A stretch of 61,822 nt of DNA, the filler included, from Choristocarpus tenellus KU-1152 (taxonomy: Eukaryota; Protista; Phaeophyceae), in the NCBI GenBank assembly GCA_964200185.2. It is 9 parts of 9 records of this genome, joined end to end, with 100 filler letters (N's around TTAATTAATTAA, not from the genome) between each part and the next. Parts side by side here need not be neighbours in the genome. Positions count along the whole stretch, not along the records: positions 1 to 5,848 come from CAXNAD020009605.1; positions 5,949 to 12,982 come from CAXNAD020006812.1; 7 more parts are not named here. One strand, given 5' to 3'. This document shows, one piece after another, positions 1 to 9,889 of the stretch. How positions within the stretch are numbered: position 1 is the first letter of the stretch; each line of letters starts with the position of its first letter. Position numbers and translations under genes: made by a program. The notes beneath the pieces were generated by a model. The model saw only the letters and a program-made list of their open reading frames with translations. It did no database searches and was not told the DNA's origin.

Positions 1-23
1 CCCAATATACTACTTTTACCCCC

Positions 24-285
24 TCTTAGAGGGTAAAGCCGTGTCCGTTTGGGGGCCAAAATCCAATGTTGCAATTTTGATGTAATTTTGTCTATCATGT
101 TTGTTAGGAGATGCTAATATCCTTGTCCCGGACACTCCTTTCAAAACGTACACATTTTACCTACTCGGAAAGGTTTTGGGGTTAGGGTTAGGGTTAGGGT
201 TAAAATGTCATTAAAAACGCGCGGGAAGTCAAGCCACAGATGGACAAACAGGGAAAAATTCGTACCCTCTAAGATACTTTCACCA
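24..285 (+). mobile_element. MITE family A copy (left end degenerate) with an internal (TTAGGG)3 patch
   Basis: Colinear with the copies at 31332, 48727 and 60541; right TIR TACCCTCTAAGATACTTTCAC. Confidence 0.85.
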
Positions 286-365
286 ATACGTTCAAAATAT
301 TTCAGGTTAGTACCAAAAAACTCTACCGAAATATGTGCCTTAGCTCGTCTTTTTCAGCTAACTAC

Positions 366-2037
366 CTGAGAGCTTTGATCTTGACCTCATCCGCCCTAGT
401 GTACTTCTGCAAGGCGAGGTTGTCGTCCTCCTTCTGTTTAGCAGCGAGAGCCCACTGCTCCAGTTCCTCCTGATTCCAGTTCATCTGAAGCTTGAAGCCG
501 TCCATCCGCTCGTTCACTGAGAACATCGAGTTTTGGACTGCGTTTAGTTTTTCCTGAGCCTCCTCAGTAGACACTATAAACGTCTTGCCTTCTTGGCCAT
601 ACCTGAGAGAGTGTTTTTTAATGTTTTTGGGACGAAATTTTGGGGGTTTTGTTAGAAGAATATACTGCACCAATTGCATTGGCTGGGCACTGCGACCATT
701 GCCCTCAAGGCCTGAACCAATTTCAACTGGCAGCTACAAGGCTACTGTTGGAACCTGGAGATTGCACCATATATGACACCCCCTCACCACAAACAGCCCG
801 TCAACCTACAAGAACACAATTTATTCAATTCCAGGTTCCAGTAGCTTCACCAACTCTCTTCCTTTAGATGTATGTTCCATTTTGTAATGAGCTTGTTGGC
901 GTACATCTATCTAATGTTTGCGTGGAATACACTGGAAATGGGGTTTCCATACCTTCTGGCTTCTCGAATGGCAATGGCAAGAAGGTGCTCCTCGGTCTCT
1001 ATCTGCTTCTTTTTTGCGTCCAGTAAGGCATTTGTGTGCCCAACCTCCTGCCGAACGTTTTTGAGGTGCTCCTCCATTACATGCACCCGTTCTTTATTCT
1101 CCATCAATGCTCCCTGTGCCAGGTCGACTTTTTTCTCCAATGACTTCAAGTGTGTAGGGGATGTACATAGTAAGGAGTATCGGTCAGTACGACACATGAG
1201 GGCTGCGAATACATCTAAGGGTGGTATATCAATAGCAGATGTCAGCCACAATAGCCTAACCAAGAGCGTGGGGTGCGATTGCCATGAATGCGAACGTATT
1301 TCCTTTGGAGTTTTTCTTGGGCGCACTCATCACTGTGACAACTTCAAGTTTGCAACAAACTCCCAACCAGTGCTCACCTTGGTCTCAGCGTTGAGGGCCT
1401 TGCTCTGATCATTGGCGAAAATAGGTAGATCGTCCACCCCAGGGATCATATCATCTTCTTCCTTCATGTCTCCCTCTATACCGTCCGTCGTACGAATAGT
1501 CCCAACTTCGTCTCTCATTTCTAATGTGGCCTCTTGGGGCATTCCCTCTCTGCCACGACTGACAACATCATTGAAGCTTTCCTGAACTGCTCCTGAATCT
1601 TCACTATCCAGATTCGTGGTAAATGAAGGGTTGATCTCCCCTTCTTTTTTCTGAGGTTCCATGTCTAGTTGGGTTTCGTTTGGCTGGACCATCCCGTCCA
1701 TTGCTCCAGGTTCCATATAATAAGCGCCCTCGTCACCTCTTGCGTCATATATATCAGCATATTGGCTTGTGTAAGAGTCAAGATCCATTCCCGACATAGC
1801 TTCGCTGCCGTGGTTTGTGGGGAAGACCATTGTCTGATCTACATCCTCTTCCGACAATGGTAGAGGGATCTCTGGAGGCAGGTCCATCCCCCCCACCTCA
1901 TCTCTCAATGCTTCGCCCTTCATCGAGGTGTACAGATGAGACTCGGTCTCATGATCGTTTTGCTCTGCTGTGATATCCTCTTCGTCTGTGACCTTCTTGG
2001 ACACTTCCCCCGTCGTCATATCCCCTGATTCGGACAT
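366..2037 (-). CDS. CCDC39: Coiled-coil domain-containing protein 39 (FAP59, axonemal ruler), 5' part; exons 2037-1378, 1143-953, 602-366; 3' exons lie outside the window
   Basis: The spliced translation contains LPIFANDQSKALNAETK|SLEKK...ENKERVHVMEEHLKNVRQEV...IETEEHL...|...FKLQMNWNQEELEQWALAAKQKEDDNLALQKYTRADEVKIK, which I recognise as the conserved CCDC39 N-terminal region. Donors (AAG|GTGAGC, AG|GTATGG, AG|GTAGT) and AG acceptors keep the frame. Confidence 0.9.
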
Positions 2038-2228
2038 ATTTAGAATGTTGGTAGGTCTATTAATAGTGGAAATGTGTGTACACTTGACCGTTTCACTGTT
2101 TCCTTCGAAGGCGTGCTTATACTATTATTCCAGAGCCGGCAACAGCAATGTGTATAGATGGTTGTGGGCTGAAGGGCACCCACCCCACCACCCTCCTGGC
2201 CCTGTGAAGTTAGAGACTCAAGGCAACC
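2038..2228. promoter_or_regulatory. Putative bidirectional promoter between CCDC39 and RPS21
   Basis: The divergent start codons at 2037 (-) and 2229 (+) are separated by only 191 bp. Confidence 0.5.
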
Positions 2229-3330
2229 ATGCAGAACGAAGCAGGATCCAACGTCGATCTGTACATCCCCAGGAAGTGGTGCGACTTGTTTGAATTGATT
2301 ATACTTCCCAAGTCCATTGGATTTGTAGGACGACTTTTTGACCAAGGAATACACCATTCACCGAAACTAGCAATGTTAGCGGAATAGACTTGGTCATCCC
2401 GAGGAGAGTAGGTCATATCGTGATCTTCCTCGTATTGTGGTTAGAGACTTGGCGTGCGTCTGTAGGTGATGAGGAACTGGCAATTATGGAGTCCAACATA
2501 ACACGCGGTTGCCCCATGTAGTCATCCAATATACTCGTGCACACGATTTATTTTTGACGAGTGGGCGTTTGAGTGTAGCATTTGCTTTTTCAGTTATCAC
2601 CTGAGAGAGATTGAACCCCTACGCTTCTTGTGCGTTTGACTTACCATCTTGATACTATCTCCTAGTGGGGAGTCATTGTTTGTCGGGAGGCAATAACAAT
2701 AATTCAACTAGTCATTTTGTCTACTTCGTGCTCGAATGGATAGTTTAATACTATGGCCTACGCGTGGAAAAATAGATAATGCATTTGCCTCGCTTTGTAC
2801 AGGCAAGTAGCCCTAGGGTATTCATGTTTGCCAATGCATTTGTACCTCCTTGTTCTCCCCTTCTCCCTTTTGTGCAACTTGGGATGTCCTACGCAGCTCC
2901 TGGACCAACCGCCTTCTGCAGGCCAAGGACCACGCCTCCACCCAGGTACTGGCACAGTTGAAGACCGACCGTACTTGAGACATGTAGTGTACCACCTGGT
3001 TGAACCACTCTAATCCCATCCCTTGCCACACGACGTTATTATAGTCCTTCCTTACTCAACATACAAAAGTAATCACGAAGTGATACAGCAGGATCACTAA
3101 CGCCGACTTCGTTAGTTCCTTCATTGTGTATTATCCAAGTCTCCAGACAGTTCCCAATCTAGTCGTTACTTGTCCCGCCCACCCGTCTTTTCTCCTCACG
3201 TGTGTCGACTGGTTATTTCTTGGGTGGTATGGGGCGTGGCTAGATTAATGTGGGGAAGCTGGACCCTATCTCCGGCACCTTCACAGGGGAGTCTGATGTG
3301 TACGCTCTGGCTGGGTACCTCCGCCGTAAG
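2229..3330 (+). CDS. RPS21: 40S ribosomal protein S21 (eS21), exons 2229-2278, 2897-2945, 3244-3330; last exon not found in this contig
   Basis: Spliced: MQNEAGSNVDLYIPRKC|SWTNRLLQAKDHASTQ|INVGKLDPISGTFTGESDVYALAGYLRRK, the classic eS21 signature (DLYIPRKCS, AKDHAS). Canonical GT-AG junctions with matching phases. Missed by the ORF track. Confidence 0.95.
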
Positions 3331-3767
3331 GTGAGATAGGCGTATAACTCGCAACCATCATTACTTTTGAAATAATCAACTTTTCGCTAGAGATTGCCGT
3401 TACTCCCACCATTCTGATGCGAAGGAGTTGATCATTTACAAAAAAAAAGAAAAAAGAGCAGCATTTTAGCAGTTACTTTAACATTCCTGTATCTCGGTGG
3501 TATGGCAGCATCTGTCTAAGAGTCGTGCTAGTTGCAGGTTCCCACTGTGTGTGTGTGTCTGTTTGTCCGCGTGTTAATTTTCCAGATTTGATACCCCCCA
3601 GTGCTGTTTGTAACTTGTAGTGGGGATAAGAGGAGCAGGATTTGAGGCCTCAAAGGTTTGAGAGATGGGACTCTCAGTGAGTATAATGTGGGATGACTCA
3701 ACCACACAGGCGCCGCTTGGGTTGTCCCTTGAAGAGTTGGAACACACGTACTCTTGACCATGTGCGC

Positions 3768-4776
3768 TTAGGGTTAGGGTTAGGGTTAATTTAGTTTATC
3801 CGTTACTCTGTGTGACCCGACTTGTTTTTTTCCAGTGGTTTCTTACACCGTCTTTCGTACAGCGGCGTAGGTTTTCACAGCGCATTGCGTGGCGTTAATT
3901 TAAGCTTAGGGTTAGGGTGAGGCTCGTAGTCGACGGTGGGAAATAGAGATGTTTTTTGTTGTTTTTAGAAGTGTACAATTGTTGGGGCTAGGGTTAGGGT
4001 TAGGGTTAGAATACTCTTTCGCGATACTATATTCTTAGGGTTACAGGGTTACCTGTTGGTCCATTTTGGGGCTCGGTTTCCCACGTTTTTTTTGTTTGTG
4101 TGTGTGTGACGGGTTTTTTTTTCTTATTCCGAAAAACCTTTTTGGTAGTTTCGGTTTTTGGTGAAATGTGTACGTTTCGAAAAAGGGTTAGGGTTAGGGT
4201 TAGGGTTAGCACTTCCCAACAAACAAACGATAGTAAAGAAAATACGTCAGAGTAGCAACGTTGGGTTAGGGTTAGGGTTGTCAGAGTAGCAACGGACACG
4301 GCTCTGCCCTAGCCCTAACCCTAAGATAACATACTTCAACTGTCTCGTGCGTGTGTGTGTGTATGCTAATCACGCTAGCCTCGCATCTGATTGTGCTTTG
4401 AACACCTGTCGTTGGGTGTGCTTTGAATTTTCTGAACCGTTGGGAGGTCAGTTCTGGGCAAGGGTTAGGGTTAGGTCAATATATATATATATATATTGAT
4501 TGGGAGGTCGGTTCTGGGCAAGGGTTAGGGTTAGGTCAGTATTGACTGACTCTACTGACTGAGACTGAACAACTCATTTCCCGAGAATCGACCACGGTAT
4601 GTTCAGTCTCAGTATGTATGATATTTTAGGCAATCTCAAGTTGTTGGGATGAGATGAGTTGAATAGGCAGCGTGTGATGGCTTGGTGGTGAACTGTAGTG
4701 TACCTTGGTGGCGAACTTAGGGTTAGGGTTAAGGTTAGGGTTAGCGTATCTTGGTGGTGGACTTAGGGTTAGGGTC
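3768..4776 (+). repeat. Cluster of about 11 short interstitial telomeric (TTAGGG)2-4 tracts, downstream of the RPS21 exon-3 donor (presumed intron 3)
   Basis: Tracts at about 3768, 3906, 3989, 4035, 4185, 4263, 4307 (CCCTAA orientation), 4462, 4522, 4717 and 4763, separated by non-telomeric sequence. Confidence 0.9.
4025..4337 (-). mobile_element. Heavily remodelled MITE family A copy (reverse orientation) with telomeric patches
   Basis: Retains ordered family-A blocks: GTCCATTTTGGGGCTCGGTTTCCCACG, GTGAAATGTGTACGTTTCGAAAA, TAGCACTTCCCAACAAAC..CGATAG, AACGGACACGGCTCTGCCCT..CTAAGATA. Confidence 0.75.
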
Positions 4777-4874
4777 TTGACTCTATGAGCACGCTCTCAC
4801 ACACCCAGGGTTTTGGACAGGAATGTTTGAGTGTGAGTCCTGCCGATCTCTTTGGATGGGAGAGGATCGGACTT

Positions 4875-5448
4875 CCTGTAATGATCTTATTAGCCAATCA
4901 TCTTCTTGGGTAGTTTCTGTTCCTTGCTGTAATAATCTTAATTGGCCAATCATCTTCTTAGGTAGTTTCTGTTCCTTGCTGTAATAATCTTAATTGGCCA
5001 ATCATCTTCTTGGGTAGTTTCTGTTCCTTGCTGTAATAATCTTAATTGGCCAATCATATTCTTAGGTAGTTTCTGCTCCTTGCTGTAATAATCTTAATTG
5101 GCCAATCATATTCTTAGGTAGTTTCTGCTCCTTGCTGTAACAATCTTAATTGGCCAATCACCTTGTTGGGTAGTTTCTGTTCCTTGCTGTAATAATCTTA
5201 ATTGGCCAATCATCTTCTTAGGTAGTTTCTGTTCCTTGCTGTAATAATCTTGATTGGCCAATCATCTTCTTGGGTAGTTTCTGTTCCTTGCTGTAATAAT
5301 CTTGATTAGCCACTCACCTTCTTGGGTAGTTTCTGTTCCTTGCTGTAATAATCTTAATTGGCCAATCATCTTCTTAGGTAGTTTCTGTTCCTTGCTGTAA
5401 TAATCTTAATTGGTCAATCATCTTCTTAGGTAGTTTCTGTTCCTTGCT
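4875..5448. repeat. 52-bp minisatellite, about 11 copies
   Basis: Unit GCCAATCATCTTCTT(G/A)GGTAGTTTCTGTTCCTTGCTGTAATAATCTTAATTG starts at 4893, 4945, 4997 and so on to 5413. Confidence 0.95.
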
Positions 5449-5848
5449 GCCGAAGGAACCGCAACGAGAACTGGGGAGGAAGTATTTCTCCAGGGTTTCC
5501 GTGTGTCCAGACTTTTCCTGAGAATTTTTTTCTTGTTTTGAGGTATAGAGGGATGCACCCGGTTGGCATCTGTTCTCGGCTGTTTCTCGCTGCTCTCTAT
5601 TTTGATGTGATGGGACTCCGTGCAGTCATTGTGGGGTCTCATTTTTGAGACTCCAAGCACCAGTGTCCCATGGTGGTACCCTTTCAAGTGTGATATTGAG
5701 GTTTAGTACATGCAAACTTCATTGGAGTAATGTGCCAAATGGGAGGCAAGGACTGTGGTGTACTTACTATTAAGGGATTTGTTGAACAAGTAAAACGTTT
5801 GAAAAAAATGGGGAATACGCCCCCCCCCCCCGCCCGAAATGCACGGAG

Positions 5849-5948
5849 NNNNNNNNNNNNNNNNNNNNNNNNNNNNNNNNNNNNNNNNNNNNTTAATTAA
5901 TTAANNNNNNNNNNNNNNNNNNNNNNNNNNNNNNNNNNNNNNNNNNNN
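5849..5948. other. Artificial contig linker (N44-TTAATTAATTAA-N44); also at 12983-13082, 23305-23404, 37771-37870, 47637-47736, 50924-51023, 54237-54336, 58834-58933
   Basis: The identical 100-nt construct, with stop codons in all six frames, occurs eight times. Confidence 0.97.
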
Positions 5949-6645
5949 GCAAAATGTTGATACCAGACATGCCCACACCTGCCCCAGGGCAGGGGGACAG
6001 GTACGACAGCACACACTCATGGTGAAACGCCTGCACCAACTATGCAAGGGAATGTGCGTCCATTGCACTACGGAGGATGGTAACCCTTTCACAGTGGACA
6101 GCAATCTCCGCATGGATCGAGTGTTCCACGCAGGGGCACTAGCGGACGCCGGAACAGCTCCCTACAGGGACAAAGGTCTTCTGCTAGACGTCACCTTCGC
6201 AGAGGTACAGCAATCTCCCATCTTACACACTCATCCACCAGCAATGATGTAGCTGCTGCTGCAGCTGAGGCGCAAAAGCGCACCCACTACGAGGGCTCCT
6301 TTGATCCTCGTAGTTATAACCTGTAACACCTTCGCAGTGGAAAGTTTTGGGCACCTCAGCAAGCAAGCAGAATGCTTCCTAGATGAGCTGACTATTCACA
6401 TGGTGGGGGGGAGAGGAACTGGAGGATGTAGCAAGAAAGGAGCGATTGAATCGCGGCTACGCCAAATTGTTTCGGGAACTACGCAAGTGGCACTGTCTAT
6501 ACATGTCATGCGTTTTAAGCTAGAGGCACCAGGGAGATGGGCACGGAGGGGTTTATTGGATTCTTGGGATTCCTCCCTAGCTCCTCCCCCCGGGGTGCAG
6601 GAGTAGGTAGATTGGAGGCACAGGAAGGCAGTAGTGCAACATAGA
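5949..6645 (+). mobile_element. 3' fragment of a CRE-like RLE non-LTR retrotransposon
   Basis: Translates to HAHTCPRAGGQVRQH (end of CCHC knuckle), LRMDRVF...LLLDVTF, AEAQKRTHY and FAVESFG, motifs of a restriction-like endonuclease domain. Closely similar to 12563-12982. Confidence 0.8.
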
Positions 6646-6689
6646 TAGTGAAGTAACAAATATATTAGTGTTTTTCACATTTGTGACAT

Positions 6690-6785
6690 ATTTTATTTCT
6701 TTAGGGCTTATACTGACATGTGAATAGTTTTCATTGGTTTCCTCCCTGACACATCTGTAAAATGTCAGAGGGCATAATAATAAAA
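6690..6785 (-). repeat. Dispersed AT-rich repeat with a CTGACA...TGTCAG hairpin; homologous to 56905-57030 and 57430-57470
   Basis: The reverse complement matches TTATTATGCCCTCTGACATTTTGCAGATGTGTCAGGGGGGAAACCAATGAAAACTA at about 56911-56966. Confidence 0.75.
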
Positions 6786-8399
6786 ATGTACAAATCGTAT
6801 GTACATGCATAGTAACCAATCTGATGTATATTGACAAGTCGGGATTTGTACATCAATCTTCAACATTGACTTGTACTCGTATCGGATACATGATTTGTGT
6901 TTACAAGATTCGTGGGTTAAAACGGTCCATACAAATATTTTAAATATTTTATTCCTAATGATTCGTGAATCACAAACGAGTTGAACCACAATTTGTCCTA
7001 TGTGTGCATTTCGTTTGTATAGATACTATAGGGATGGCGATATTCCATATTTGTCCTACCGTTTGGCGAAGAGATGGAAATGCTTTTGCCGATAAGAACT
7101 GCTCTTATCGTCTAGCCGTAATATAATGTCAGGAAGCAAATCTTGGAGCTCTACTTACGAATAGAGTTAATCACAGTATGTAACCACACACTACGACCTC
7201 ACAGAGCCAATCCAATTGAGATGCAGGTAGTGTTGTATTTTAAAGATCGGGAAAAAGGGCAAGAAGACGCAACTGTGTACAATTGTAGAAAGAGGCTTTG
7301 CTTAACACTTTGTGTGTGGACAGGGAAAATTCATTTTTTTCGTACACTATTGTGCTCACAAACCAATGAAATAGAGGGTATTTTGCAAGGGTAAGAAAGA
7401 TGCCTTAGAAACACAAAAATGATCATACCTGCCTGCCTCTTAAAGGTATGGCTCACCAGTGCGGTGGACTTTGCTGACCCTGAAAATGGCGATGATCAGC
7501 AAAGTATTTTTTTGGGTTCCGATCTTGTCATTTCATGAAGGGCACAGTGCCCCCCTCTAACCCCGTTGAATAAGACTTGGGATCGAAGTATAAATGTTGG
7601 AGTATAAGAGCAGGTATTGATTGTTTAGTTGGATTAATATATATCAATGGGGGCTGCCAAATATTTAGTCTGGAAATTCTGGAACTCCGCCAAGTGAGAA
7701 ATCGGAGATCGGTTGAGAGGTACTATGCTATGCATGTATCTCCAACTATACACGAATTCTACATAATCCATCAACAATTTCATTCTCACTCATGCCCTAC
7801 CGCCAAATAAAAACAGAAACCCTGTATATAATGTCGGATTTTATGAAGTGAGAAATCCAACAAACATGCCTCCTCTCTTCGAGTCGGAAATCTCACTCAG
7901 GATAGTAGGTGTTGACAAGATAGACGGCGACCATATTTCCTTTTTTTGGCTTCTTCACTTTCATCCTCTCAAGTGATGGTTAGGATTTCTACTTATCTTC
8001 AAATAAGGTTGTCATACACCTCTGTTTGTCCTCCGCTCTCACCCCTCCCCTTCACTACTCTTTTATCCTGTTTCATGTGCGGAAAGATTGATAAGGGTCT
8101 TTTGGTGGTTTTGTGATCGGGGTTCAACTCCAGTTCTAGCCAAATGCTAGAGTTATTGTTTGACGAAGGGAGGTCCATTGTGGACCAATCCAAGCATGAC
8201 AATGCAATTGGGGGACCTGTGCTATTCCTTCACATGAGTGGGCAATAATTTTGGGTGCATATCTACATGATGGCGAGGGGGATGACCTCTGGAGGTGACC
8301 TGCATCACAACGAGTGCAAATGCAAATGATTGATCACTGTGCCTAGAGTTGGGATAAGGTGCAGGCTAGTTTCTGGAATTTGAAGGTGGAGACTTGGCA

Positions 8400-8830
8400 T
8401 TCAATCACCCATATGGTGGTGCTGGTGGTGCATTTCTTCATCAATGTTTTCAACTGAATTACGCATGTTATGTACTTTTTCTCCAAGAACTTTCCTCTCT
8501 CCTGAACAACTACTATCGACCCATGTGGCTAGCTCAAAAATAAGTTTCCTATCCAGATATGACAGCTCGCATATGGCATCTCCAGAATTTGTGTGTAAAT
8601 TCTTTTCAGCAGATTGTACCTTCCGATACCATAAAGTGATGGTAATAAGGAAATGATCAACAACTGTTTTTTGAGGGATAAGCCATCTCCACCCATGTAT
8701 TGTTTTTTGTTTGCTCGGTTTCCACCACCCCACGCATACATTGTCCCCAGTTAGTACATCAAGTCACGGCAGCATCAACAAGATGGCAAGATAGGGCACC
8801 GAGATCGTTATTGTGACCAGCATTAACAGG
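8400..8830 (-). pseudogene. Very decayed PIF/Harbinger-like DDE transposase remnant
   Basis: Fragments AGHNNDLGAL and MGGDGLSLKKQLLI...RYN resemble the Harbinger GSxNDxxV and GDxAYPLxxxLLxP...YN motifs. Multiple frameshifts. Confidence 0.3.
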
Positions 8831-9889
8831 CTGTTGGAATAAGAGGGGCAAGTTAGTACTCCAATGAGCACGTACAAACATTCGAAGTTTGTTTATCTCC
8901 GTTTATAGTTCTACAACCACAATAGATTCCCTAAATTTGAAGGGTTAATTGCTCCCCCACAACACCCATGTTGTCTTTTATTGTTTTCTTTTTTGGTCAT
9001 ATTATGACCAACAATCTTCTCAACTCCAAAAACTCTGAATTCTAAATAACCTCTTGGTATACTCTATTAATGGTGTGAGTGGAGACTGAGCAGTTCTCTC
9101 GCAGAATTTTTTGTACCCACTGTTGGTCAGCAGAGTTGGTTGTGTACTACCACGAATCTTCAACTTTTCAAATGTTATACCCAGAAATAGCATGCTTTGT
9201 CTTTGCTCGTCTGCCTGTACCCTCTTCACAAAATCCATGGATTCACTTATAGTGGGCTCTTCGTCCAAACCAGAAATATCATTAAGAGAAGGTAGTACGA
9301 CATTAGAACACATCTTCAATCGTACACTCACCCAAAGTTGTTTGCAACCGAAACGAGGCAACTTTATTGAGCAGAAAACAGGGAGAAAAAATAGAAGTAG
9401 TCACCACAATTTTTTTGTATTGTATTTGATAATAATCTAATCAGACACTAACAGTGGTACATAGAGTACTGTACACGTTTGCACCATGAAAATCACCAAA
9501 TGATGGTACATTTTTTTACATACATGCACTGTCACCAGGTGGCCAGACCGCTCATTCAAATACCCTCCTCAGTAATCAATAGGGCATAAATTTTCAACTC
9601 CTGGCGGACTTGATGTCATAATGGTCTGGTATGTTTCCTTTGTCTCAAACAACATCATCATCATTGAGAACATCTACATGAATTAACAAAGCAGCACTAG
9701 TGTTTTCACCCCACTATTCCATGATAGCTGTGTAGAGGGCAAGAAGTACCTGCCGCGAAGTCAAATAGCAGGACTCAGAAGGAAATGAGATATAATACGG
9801 AGTACGCCACTACAACAGAGATATACAATAGATTTTTCTTTGAGGTAGTACTGTCCCGAACAGTAACCGATCTAATCGGATCTGCTCTC

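Noticed and set aside
872-1408. 178-aa plus-strand ORF and similar short ORFs
   Set aside because: Antisense shadow of CCDC39 exons. Most short track ORFs are shadows or arise from MITE or microsatellite sequence.
4875-5448. CRISPR-like array
   Set aside because: Contiguous 52-bp tandem units without unique spacers; eukaryotic context with no cas genes. The same applies to 24961-25311 and 44207-44414.
5849-5948. Recurrent TTAATTAATTAA palindrome as a biological motif or piggyBac site
   Set aside because: Always centred in N runs of identical length; an artificial six-frame-stop linker.
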